NCBI GenBank assembly: GCA_963664115.2
Contig: CAXWPJ010000010.1
Coordinates: 32,001-96,000 of the forward strand
DNA from: Terriglobia bacterium
Lineage (GTDB): Bacteria > Acidobacteriota > Terriglobia > 20CM-2-55-15
Length of the DNA stretch: 64,000 nt
Direction of reading: 5' to 3'
The notes beneath the pieces were generated by a model. That model searched no databases and had not been told where the DNA came from. It saw only the letters and a list, made by a program, of their open reading frames with translations. The position numbers and the translations under genes are program-made. The stretch's first letter is position 1, and every line of letters begins with the position of its first letter. This document shows, one piece after another, positions 36,242 through 45,166 of the stretch.

Positions 36242-38701
36242 TTGAAAGCCCATATGATCTGGTGTTCGGTTCTGCTGGCGGTTTTGTTGACAACCCCGAC
36301 TCACGGCCAGTTCACCGTTACGAACCCGCTGTATGAGGTCCGAGACCAGGTGGCCCAGGTACTGGCGGATGCGGAGCTTCCCTTTACCCCAGACCAGGAG
36401 AGGCAGCTGGCGCTGCTGTTGGAGGACCAACGCCAGGCATCAGAGGACCTGTTTGACGTCATCATGGATTTCAGTGCGGGACCACCGCAGGGTGAGGATC
36501 TGGACCGTGCACTCGCCGGCATCCAGTGGATGCATGACGAATTCAGAATGCGCCTCCCCGAGTTCTTGACGGCGGAACAAAGGGCCGTGTGGGAAGAGTT
36601 CGAATCCGATGGAAGCGTCATCGGAGCCGAGATCGAAGGGGCCGGAGTCGGCGGCGCTCAGACGGAACGGATTCAGCAAATTCGAATCGTCAACAATCCG
36701 TTCAACTCGGAAACAGCGAGAAGCGGTAGCCGGGGACCCAGTGGTGGAGGAGAGCGCACCGAAGTCATCCAGCGCGGCGGAACAGGAGCGTACCACGGCA
36801 ATTTCATGGCGATGTTCCAGGATGAAGCGCTCAACGCTCGAAACCCTTTCGCCGCCAACAAGCCTCCCTACTACGAACGGACGATCAATGGCAACTTCAG
36901 TGGGCCCTTGCTCCAGAATCGGCTGACGATTGATCTGACGTATAACGACAACCGGCAGGAAAACGTCGGAACCGTAAAAGCCGAAACCCCGGATGGGCCG
37001 TTTTCGCTCGGGATCACGCGGCCCAACGTCAATCGATTCTTCGAGGGTCGCGGCATCCTGCAGCTCTGGGAATCGCATTCGCTGCACTTCGGCTTCACAT
37101 ATGGAATGGACACCCAGGAAAATCAGGGCATCGGCGACTTCACCCTGCCCGAACGAGGCTCGAATTCAGAGGGTCGCAACTATGACTTCGATGTGCGTCA
37201 GATCTCGGAACTTTCCCCACGAACGGTTCACGAAACCCGCTTCTCATGGCGAAAGGTAAGGGACGAGACCCTTCCGATTACGGACGGGGTTGCATTCAAC
37301 GTTCTGGACGCATTCAACGGAGGTGGCGCGCAAAGCCGGGTGGAGAGCGACGTGCGGAGCTACGAATTCGGCAACCTTCTATACCATGTCGGCGACCGAC
37401 TGACCTTGAGAGCCGGGTTCACCGGTTCCTACGGCCGCGAGCACCTGATCCGCGAGAACAACTTCGTCGGCGAATTCACCTTCTCAGACCTGGACAGCTA
37501 CCGGGAGGGAAGGCCTCTCCAATTCCGGGTGACCCGAGGCGACCCCGAGCTCGACTGGAGCCAGTTTCGGGCCGGCCTGTTTGTCCAGAACGACCTGCGC
37601 CTGACGAATCGATTCACGCTATTTCTTGGCCTGCGCTACGAAAGCCAAAGCGGCATGGAGGACAATCACAATCTGGATCCGCGCCTGGGTTTCGCCTATG
37701 CCGTTGGGAGTGCGACGGTCATCCGGGGAGGCATGGGCATGTTTCATACGCGTCTGGGATACCCCGACGTCCGCACTCTGCTCCGACTCGACGGCACCCG
37801 ACAGTTCGACGTCCAGATCGATAATCCGGGTTTTCCGGATCCATTCGTTTCCGGCGACGTAAGGATCAATCCACCGTCTTCACGACGCATCGCTTCGGCC
37901 GAACTCGGCACCCCGTACTACATCTCCACGGCCGTTTCGCTGGAACAGAGTCTCCCCGCCAACCTCTTCATCACCGTAGGCTTTAACCACAATCGAGGAA
38001 TCCGCTTGCTGCGAAGCCGGAACCTGAATGCTCCCTTACCCGACACGGGGGAAAGGCCCTTTCCGGACCAGGGACAGATATTCGAGCTGGGATCGGAAGG
38101 GTACGGAGTTCACAAGAACTTCACCGTCGATCTGAGGCAGCGTTTCAGCATCTTCACCGTTACGGCGAGCTACAGGCACGGTTCCAGTCACAACGACGAT
38201 TCCATAGGCGGCAATGCGGGGACGGAAGGTATCGGCTTCAGAATACCCGCGAACAGCTATGATCGCCTGGCGGACTGGGGGCCTTCGGGATTCCTGCTGA
38301 GTCGTCAATTCAGTGCGGGCATCAATTCCAGATTACCCTTCGATGTGTATGTGAATACGGCGATCGCAGCCAACAGCGGCCGCTTCTACACGATCACAAC
38401 CGGAAGAGACGACAACAACGATGGTGTTTTCAATGACCGTCCACCCGGAGTCACCAAGCACAGCGAGAACGGACCCCACTTTTTTAATGTCAGCTTCAAC
38501 GTCTCCAAAGCGTTCGAACTGGGCGCGACCCGACGCGGCGCCTCCGGTCCCCAGGTCAATGTTTTTGCAAACTTCAACAACGCGTTCAATATGACGCACC
38601 TCGGCACGCCAAGTGGCGTTCTCACCTCACCTTTCTTCGGACGATCCTTCAGCGCGCAACAGCCCCGCGAAATCGAAGCCGGGCTGCGGTTTCAGTTCTA
38701 A
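36242..38701 (+). CDS. TonB-dependent-receptor-like beta-barrel with N-terminal helical domain, copy 3 (diverged)
   Basis: NPL..LPFTPDQ..DQRQASEDLF..MDFSAGP..FLTAEQ; DEALNARNPF; ends PREIEAGLRFQF. Start is TTG 36242 or ATG 36254. Confidence 0.85.
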   Translation: MKAHMIWCSVLLAVLLTTPTHGQFTVTNPLYEVRDQVAQVLADAELPFTPDQERQLALLLEDQRQASEDLFDVIMDFSAGPPQGEDLDRALAGIQWMHDEFRMRLPEFLTAEQRAVWEEFESDGSVIGAEIEGAGVGGAQTERIQQIRIVNNPFNSETARSGSRGPSGGGERTEVIQRGGTGAYHGNFMAMFQDEALNARNPFAANKPPYYERTINGNFSGPLLQNRLTIDLTYNDNRQENVGTVKAETPDGPFSLGITRPNVNRFFEGRGILQLWESHSLHFGFTYGMDTQENQGIGDFTLPERGSNSEGRNYDFDVRQISELSPRTVHETRFSWRKVRDETLPITDGVAFNVLDAFNGGGAQSRVESDVRSYEFGNLLYHVGDRLTLRAGFTGSYGREHLIRENNFVGEFTFSDLDSYREGRPLQFRVTRGDPELDWSQFRAGLFVQNDLRLTNRFTLFLGLRYESQSGMEDNHNLDPRLGFAYAVGSATVIRGGMGMFHTRLGYPDVRTLLRLDGTRQFDVQIDNPGFPDPFVSGDVRINPPSSRRIASAELGTPYYISTAVSLEQSLPANLFITVGFNHNRGIRLLRSRNLNAPLPDTGERPFPDQGQIFELGSEGYGVHKNFTVDLRQRFSIFTVTASYRHGSSHNDDSIGGNAGTEGIGFRIPANSYDRLADWGPSGFLLSRQFSAGINSRLPFDVYVNTAIAANSGRFYTITTGRDDNNDGVFNDRPPGVTKHSENGPHFFNVSFNVSKAFELGATRRGASGPQVNVFANFNNAFNMTHLGTPSGVLTSPFFGRSFSAQQPREIEAGLRFQF

Positions 38702-38751
38702 ACAAGCCACTACCGGGGTTTCGCCATCGGCTGGTGGGAAGAATTCAGGCC

Positions 38752-38798
38752 AAAAACAAAAGCGAGGCAAGCGGCCCGTTTTGGGAGTTGCCTCGCTT
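38752..38798 (-). terminator. Intrinsic terminator after FAD subunit copy 3
   Basis: AAGCGAGGCAA/TTGCCTCGCTT stem plus T-tract; homologous to the 31659 terminator. Confidence 0.65.
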
Positions 38799-38818
38799 CA
38801 GGTAGACCTCGCGACCGT

Positions 38819-39811
38819 CTATGCCGTCGCCAGCTTTTCCAGGCCGGATCGCAACAGGCCCTTCGCCATGTCGATCTTCATCGCGTTGTACTTGAGCGGG
38901 GCCGCCTCCGTCAGTGCCGTCGACTGTGCTTCCAGGGCCAACTCCGGGCTCAAGGCTTTCCCTCTCAGAAAGTCCTCCACCGCACGTTCTCTCCATGGCC
39001 TTCCGGCGATCCCGCCGAAGACCACACGCGAGTCCGTGATCGTCCGCCCGCTCATCTCCAGTCCCATCGCCAGCGACGCCATCGCGAAGTCCCACACCCC
39101 CCGGGGCCGGATCTTCTCAAACGACGCCCGGAACCCCACCCGTGGCGCCGGCAGCGTCACTTCCGTCAATATCTCGTTGTACCGCACCACATGCGACTGG
39201 ATCTTCCCATCCACCATCATGTCCCCCGGTACCAACTGTTCCACACTCAACTCCTTCGTCCCGAGCGGCCCCACCAGCTTCACCGTCGCATCAAACGGGA
39301 TCAGGGCCGGCGCCGCATCCCCCGGGTACACCGCGTAGCACAACCGTCCCCCCATCGCCGAGTGGTAATAGCTGTTGTCTCCGATCGCTCCATGGCAGAT
39401 GTAGCCCCCGTTGCGATAGCACGCATACCCCCCTCTCAGGTACTGGCACCACACCTCCTGCAACAGGTCCCCGCCCAACGTCGACGCGTTCCTCAACTCG
39501 GGCGAGGAAATCATATTCATCGCTTCTATCAGCATCGGGTACTTCCGCCCCACCAACGCCGAATCCGCGATCTCCGACAGCTTCGTCAGCGCCCCGATAT
39601 CCACGCCCCCCGTCGCATTCTCCCGGATGTAGCTCAGGTTTGGAATTCCCTTCACATCTACCAGATAACTCGGCGCCTGATCCAAGCGGTTCTTCAAGCG
39701 GATCAGCAGGTCCGTCCCCCCCGCATACACCCCCGCTTGGGTTCCATGCAGCGTCAATATCTGGATCGCTTCATCCATGCTCGTCGGCCGATATATCGAT
39801 ACTTTCTTCAT
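38819..39811 (-). CDS. Xanthine-dehydrogenase-family FAD subunit, copy 3
   Basis: Protein appears identical to copy 1 from MKKVSIY. Confidence 0.9.
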   Translation of the reverse strand: MKKVSIYRPTSMDEAIQILTLHGTQAGVYAGGTDLLIRLKNRLDQAPSYLVDVKGIPNLSYIRENATGGVDIGALTKLSEIADSALVGRKYPMLIEAMNMISSPELRNASTLGGDLLQEVWCQYLRGGYACYRNGGYICHGAIGDNSYYHSAMGGRLCYAVYPGDAAPALIPFDATVKLVGPLGTKELSVEQLVPGDMMVDGKIQSHVVRYNEILTEVTLPAPRVGFRASFEKIRPRGVWDFAMASLAMGLEMSGRTITDSRVVFGGIAGRPWRERAVEDFLRGKALSPELALEAQSTALTEAAPLKYNAMKIDMAKGLLRSGLEKLATA

Positions 39812-42360
39812 GCCCCCGCCTCCCTCTCTTTCAATCCCGCCATGATCTTGTCCCGCGTGATCGGATGCTCCCGGATTCGAACCCCGCACGCGTTGTAGAT
39901 GGCATTCGCAATGGCACCGGGCACAGAGCCGATACTGGTTTCGCTGAAGCTCTTGATCCCATAAAACCAACGGGGCTCCAGGCTATCCACAAAAACCTGG
40001 GTCTGACGTTCCGGCACATCCATGATCGTTGGTAGCCGGAACGAGAGATAGCCGACGCTGTAGTGACGCGTACCCGGAAACTCCCGATCCCAAGGAATAG
40101 AATCCGTCGTCATCTGGGTGCTCTGGATCAGAGATCCCAGCATGTCAGCTTCTGCGACCATCGGATTGACGACCTTGCCGGTGTCATGGCAGTAGGCCGA
40201 ATTGACCATCCGCCAATCGCCGGTCCAGGTGTCGACTTCCACCTCCAGAAAACACGCGCCGACACCTTTCGCGAGCGCACGCCCCTGATCCTTGTGGACA
40301 CCCCTGCCCGTATGGATTATGGAACCTCCGTTAGCCAGCGCCAGCTCCGCAAACGTGGTGGTTTTTTCCGGGTCCGCTGTTGAAGAAATAACGCCATCTC
40401 GAAATTCGAGCGTTGCCGGGTCCACCCCGAGTGCGCTTGCCGCACGTTCGAGAAGATCGGCACGGAGTTTATTCACCGCACTACAGATGGCCGCCCCTTG
40501 CAAGGTGATCGTCTTACCCGCGAGCCACTGCTGGCTCAGAGGGGTCAGGTCCGAATCCCCCCAGACGACCCGGATCTGGTCCCGGGTGGTGAACCCCAGC
40601 ATTTCCGCAACAACATGAGCGAGTGCGGTGTCGTGGTTGGTGCCGCTGTCGGGAAGCGCGTTTTTCATGATGACTTCGCCGTCGGTGTTCAGTTCCAGGT
40701 CCGCCGTAAAGATCCCGAACTGGGGGCCACCTCTGTCGCCGTCTATCAACCGCTGGAAAGCGAGTTCGCCTTCGTGATAGCCCATGTGTCCGGGATGATG
40801 CTGGGACATGGCAACGCCAAATCCTCTCTTGTACCGACCGGGGTTGCCACCGGGAACCGGATTCCGCTGCTCCCATCCAATGGCCTTCGCGCCCTCATCG
40901 ATAACTTCCACAGAAGCGAACGAATCGTAAGTTACTGCTCCGTTCTCCGACTCGTATCGTGATCCAAAGTCGGAGTGCCAGGCCATGGTGAGACTTTGCC
41001 CTGGCTTTGAAACGTGCAGCCGACGGAACGGCACGGGGTCCATTCCCGCAACTTCGGCCATTTCATCAATCATGCTTTCCCAGGCCCACTTGACCTCCTG
41101 TTGGGTGCAACTCCGGGAACAACCCGATCGGATCACGTTGGTCTTGTACGCGTAGCTGAGGGTCTTCCAATGCGGCACATCCGCGGTGTAGAGTTCCATG
41201 TTGTTCTTGGAAATCTCCGCGGTGGCCGCGATCCCGGCGCCGTCCATATCCCCACTGCTCATGTGCATTTCGTACAATATGGTGCTGATTCGCCCGTCTT
41301 TAAGACCCACCCGGAACCGCGTCATGTTTTCCGGTTTGATGTTGAGGTGCGCCAGTTCCTGGTCCTTCGGAAGCATCAGTTTGACGGGGCGGTCTGTGAC
41401 CTTTGCCATGTGGGCCAGGAAGCTGTTGAACTTGCTTGTCGACATCGCGGACCCGAACGTGCAGCCGTTCCACTTGTTGATGTAATGAATATCTTCCGCG
41501 TCGATACCGAGGCCCCGCGCTATGTCGGCACGGTAGGGGTAGATGCCCTGATTCATACCCCAGAACGTCAACTTGTCGCCCTCCCAACGGGCCACCCCGC
41601 CACAGGGTTGCATCGGAACGGGTATCGCCCCTCCGAAGTAATAGCTGAATTCCCGGATCTCGTCGGCTTCTGCAAACCCCTGTTCGATATTGCCGCGCTC
41701 GGAGACGAACGTGGCATCCGGGTCGTAATGAGGGCTGTTCGGGTTCATCAGCAGGAGGTTGCCGCGTCCCTGCCGGAGATCCGGTGCATCAGGCGCCATC
41801 ACCTGCTCCAGATTTCCCGCGCCGGGTAGGATCTCATAGTCCACCTTGATCGCTGCGGCTGCGTCCTCGGCCAGATCTTCAGTTTCGGCGGCCACAATAG
41901 CCACGATGTCCCCAACATAGTCGAGTTCGTCTCCATTGAGCTCCAGGCGCGCGGGATTCCCGTTCGGAGCGTTCAGATGGGTGAGGATATAGGCCACCCC
42001 CGGCATCCGTTCCGCTTCTGCAGTATCCATACTCCTGATCCGGGCGTGCGGATGAGGAGACGCAAGGACCTTCGCGTAGAGCATGCCGGGCATCCACACT
42101 CGGGTGGCATACTGGGCCGTTCCCAAGTACCGTGGTATCGCGACTTCCGCCATCGGCGGCATCGATTTCCCGACCACATTGAGGTTCTCCGGCGGATAGC
42201 CCTGCCATTTCTGCGTAACGATTTGTTCGTCGCCTTCAATGAGGGTGTCTTCTGGACCGTGACCTCCACCTGTGGAGTAATCGCGCACCATGGGTTGTTC
42301 GATCATGATTACGTCATGCGGCCCTGTTTCGATCTTCGGTATACCGTTTTCCTGACTCAT
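39808..42360 (-). CDS. Xanthine-dehydrogenase-family molybdopterin-binding subunit, copy 3
   Basis: Same family motifs, with a divergent interior. Confidence 0.9.
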   Translation of the reverse strand: MSQENGIPKIETGPHDVIMIEQPMVRDYSTGGGHGPEDTLIEGDEQIVTQKWQGYPPENLNVVGKSMPPMAEVAIPRYLGTAQYATRVWMPGMLYAKVLASPHPHARIRSMDTAEAERMPGVAYILTHLNAPNGNPARLELNGDELDYVGDIVAIVAAETEDLAEDAAAAIKVDYEILPGAGNLEQVMAPDAPDLRQGRGNLLLMNPNSPHYDPDATFVSERGNIEQGFAEADEIREFSYYFGGAIPVPMQPCGGVARWEGDKLTFWGMNQGIYPYRADIARGLGIDAEDIHYINKWNGCTFGSAMSTSKFNSFLAHMAKVTDRPVKLMLPKDQELAHLNIKPENMTRFRVGLKDGRISTILYEMHMSSGDMDGAGIAATAEISKNNMELYTADVPHWKTLSYAYKTNVIRSGCSRSCTQQEVKWAWESMIDEMAEVAGMDPVPFRRLHVSKPGQSLTMAWHSDFGSRYESENGAVTYDSFASVEVIDEGAKAIGWEQRNPVPGGNPGRYKRGFGVAMSQHHPGHMGYHEGELAFQRLIDGDRGGPQFGIFTADLELNTDGEVIMKNALPDSGTNHDTALAHVVAEMLGFTTRDQIRVVWGDSDLTPLSQQWLAGKTITLQGAAICSAVNKLRADLLERAASALGVDPATLEFRDGVISSTADPEKTTTFAELALANGGSIIHTGRGVHKDQGRALAKGVGACFLEVEVDTWTGDWRMVNSAYCHDTGKVVNPMVAEADMLGSLIQSTQMTTDSIPWDREFPGTRHYSVGYLSFRLPTIMDVPERQTQVFVDSLEPRWFYGIKSFSETSIGSVPGAIANAIYNACGVRIREHPITRDKIMAGLKEREAGA

Positions 42361-42974
42361 AGTTCTGCCTCCCCGCGCATGACTTTACCCGCATCCACCA
42401 CCGTCCGTATGATCGCCGGGTAGGCCGCGCACCGGCAGATATGCCCCGACAACGCCATCTTGACTTCGTCCACCGTCGGGTCTGGGTTCTCGTCGAGCAG
42501 GCCTTTCGCCGTCACTTCCCATCCCGGTGTACAGAATCCGCAGTCGGCCGCCACGTACCGGTGCCCCACCGCCTGGATCGGATGCAGATTGTCTGCGTCG
42601 CCCAGGCCTTCCACCGTGAATATGTCTTTCTCCCTCGCCTCCGTCGCCAGGGTGTGGCAGGAGTAATACGGCGTCCCCTCGATCAGGACGCTGCAGGCTC
42701 CACAACTGGCCCGGTTGCAGCTCCGGTTCGTCCCCGTCAGCGCCAGCTTCATCGCGATCACTTCCCACAAGGTCGTCCGGGCCTCGTATTCAGCCTGGTA
42801 GGTAGCGCCATTGATTATGAATGTCCCGATCTCCACCGTCATCGGTGCGGGAATACCTGACGCCATCTGAGTCGAAGCCGCGGAACCGGCGACCGAGCGG
42901 TAACCGCCCACCGTCGTCAGTACGACCGCGCCCGAGCCGGCCGCCTTCAGAAAATGCCGTCGAGAATACTTCAT
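42357..42974 (-). CDS. Tat-exported 2x[2Fe-2S] subunit, copy 3
   Basis: MKYSRRHFLK Tat signal; same Cys motifs. Confidence 0.9.
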   Translation of the reverse strand: MKYSRRHFLKAAGSGAVVLTTVGGYRSVAGSAASTQMASGIPAPMTVEIGTFIINGATYQAEYEARTTLWEVIAMKLALTGTNRSCNRASCGACSVLIEGTPYYSCHTLATEAREKDIFTVEGLGDADNLHPIQAVGHRYVAADCGFCTPGWEVTAKGLLDENPDPTVDEVKMALSGHICRCAAYPAIIRTVVDAGKVMRGEAEL

Positions 42975-43215
42975 AACCTCAAACCTCCATCGGTTTGCGC
43001 GATACCCGGAACAACCGGGATTTTTAGCTGGAATTGACTCGTGCCACGCTCGCAAATTTACCGGCCAGGGCTTTGATCGATCAGCAATCGGCCTTAGGCC
43101 AGTGATCCCCTTATTCTTGAAGCACCCGCTCCCGCGACGACCAACTCTCTACAAATGGCACGCTGGGCGGTGCTCACGAGGCGCGTTGTCATCGCGCCGC
43201 ACTACGGCCACACGC

Positions 43216-43644
43216 TCACTCGGCAGGTGGATGCACATCGGGCCGAAACTGCTTGTGACAGTTGACGCACGATGCGTCAAGCCGTTCACTGAGTGCAGCA
43301 AGCGCATCCACATCCCTGTCAGCCACCGCCCGGTATGCTGCGTCTCCCACGTCCACGAGGGCTCTTGAAGCCTGTACCCATTCGCCGCCTCGATCACGCA
43401 TCGTGAGCACGTTTCCTGATTCCGCCAAAAGGATAGCGCTCCGCTGAACTTCCATCCACTCGGCCTCAGAAGCAGGCCCGCCCCGGTTGATGTGCAACAG
43501 TATCCCGTTCGCTCCCGGGTAGACCATGCCTACCATGAGTTCGCTCATCGTGCCGACGGGCTGATACGACGCTTGAGGGGCCAGCGCCCGGGTTGGACTG
43601 GCCAGTAGCAGAATTCCGATGGACAGCAATCCGATATTTCGCAT
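43216..43644 (-). CDS. Periplasmic class II (cytochrome c'-like) cytochrome
   Basis: Signal peptide; helical; C-terminal SCVNCHKQFR; AAGGAG RBS. Confidence 0.8.
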   Translation of the reverse strand: MRNIGLLSIGILLLASPTRALAPQASYQPVGTMSELMVGMVYPGANGILLHINRGGPASEAEWMEVQRSAILLAESGNVLTMRDRGGEWVQASRALVDVGDAAYRAVADRDVDALAALSERLDASCVNCHKQFRPDVHPPAE

Positions 43645-43967
43645 CTCGACTCCTTAGTATTTAGAAAGGCAGTTTCGTTTTGTACCCGTTCCGCCATGAG
43701 GCACCACCCTCACGGGTCGGCCGAAAATTTCCCCGCAGCGCTTTCGCCGAACTTCGAACTTTCGTTCGAAGGCGTGCGCACATGCGTTAAGGATCAGCAA
43801 TACAGCAATTTAGCAAACGCATAATCGAGTCTCGGGGCTTTGTTCTTCGGTGTAGTTCGGAGACTATCGTGACATGCTATCGTCTGCCGAAGCGCCTGTC
43901 AATTTCGGAGCGGCCCCGGGGCTGTTCACGTTGATTTCGCTATTGCCCTTGGGTAGGATGACACTCG

Positions 43968-45125
43968 ATGGAAGATCTGTGGAACAATACCGAAAAACTC
44001 CTGGCTGACGGAAAACCCTTGGTGTTGGCAACGATTATCCGGACTCGTGGTTCGGTTCCACGGGAAGTCGGTGCCAAGATGGTGATCGGGCGCACCGGCC
44101 ATCCTTTCGGGACAATTGGCGGGGGCTGTGGAGAAGGCGAAGTTTTACGACGCGCCTACCCTCTTTTTGAAGAAAAAATGCCGTCTCGGGTGGTGCAAGT
44201 AGATCTAACCGGGGACTTTGACCAGGAAGAAATTCAGGTCTGCGGTGGCTTGATGGATGTCGCACTCGACCTGTGGCAACCCAACGAGCACAGAGATCTG
44301 GCGCATGCTTTAGCCGAAGCCACCCGTACCCACCGACCCGCTGCACTGGTGACGGCTATTACCGCCATGGCTGATATACCCGCGGGAACCAAGTGCTGCC
44401 TATCGATCGGTTCAAAAGGCGCAACCCTAACGCCTTCACTGGAGCTGGATCCGGAAATTCTGCAAGCGCTGGCGGACTCACTTGCTGCGGGAACACCACA
44501 ACTGTTTTCGATTTCCCCGGAGGGCAAAGTCGTCAAGGATGCGGCGGCCAACGGAAAGCAGTGGCCACAGATATTCGTCGACGTGCAACCGGGTCTCCAG
44601 ACACTTCTGATCGTTGGGGCCGGTCATATCGCCCAGCCGCTGTGTGACATGGGCCACCTGCTCGGTTTCCGAACGGTAATCGTGGACGACCGCTGGGCGT
44701 TCGCCAATCGTGAACGTTTCCCGAAAGCCACAGCGATTGAGGTGGGCTCGTTCGTTGAGACCCTGGAGAAACTTGACATCAACAACCAGACTTTCGCCGT
44801 GGTCGTTACCCGCGGCCACAACTGGGACGAGGCCTCAGTCCGGACCATTCTCGGAAAGAAGCCTGCCTACCTCGGCATGATCGGCAGCAAACGGCGGTCG
44901 CGGGCAACGATCGAGCGTTTGGCCGAACAGGGTTTTAGCCCTGAAGAACTGAGTCGAATCCACACGCCTATGGGATTGGATCTATCCGCCGAAACACCTG
45001 CGGAGATTGCCGTCGCGATCGCTGCGGAGATCGTGAGGATTCGTCGTCATGGGCCTCTGGAAACGATTTCTCTGGCAGCCAAGGCCCGCCCGGGCGGCGC
45101 GTACAAGTTCGCGAGTGTGGAGTAG
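43968..45125 (+). CDS. xdhC: XdhC/CoxI family molybdenum cofactor chaperone
   Basis: GSVPREVGAKM, GTIGGGCGE, CGG, GAGHIA, VTRGH, YLGMIGSKRR, AETPAEIAVAIAAEI. Confidence 0.9.
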   Translation: MEDLWNNTEKLLADGKPLVLATIIRTRGSVPREVGAKMVIGRTGHPFGTIGGGCGEGEVLRRAYPLFEEKMPSRVVQVDLTGDFDQEEIQVCGGLMDVALDLWQPNEHRDLAHALAEATRTHRPAALVTAITAMADIPAGTKCCLSIGSKGATLTPSLELDPEILQALADSLAAGTPQLFSISPEGKVVKDAAANGKQWPQIFVDVQPGLQTLLIVGAGHIAQPLCDMGHLLGFRTVIVDDRWAFANRERFPKATAIEVGSFVETLEKLDINNQTFAVVVTRGHNWDEASVRTILGKKPAYLGMIGSKRRSRATIERLAEQGFSPEELSRIHTPMGLDLSAETPAEIAVAIAAEIVRIRRHGPLETISLAAKARPGGAYKFASVE

Positions 45126-45166
45126 GCCGATCGGAGCGGCCCCTTTGAAAGGAACCGGATCGTATC

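Noticed and set aside
28301-42360. Aerobic CO dehydrogenase (CoxL)
   Set aside because: No AYxCSFR motif; the Tat signal and the [4Fe-4S]-type FAD subunit point to a PaoABC-like enzyme.
15078-42974. Diversity-generating retroelement or shufflon explaining the repeats
   Set aside because: No reverse transcriptase or site-specific recombinase is present, the repeats are whole genes in direct orientation, and I saw no adenine-specific pattern.
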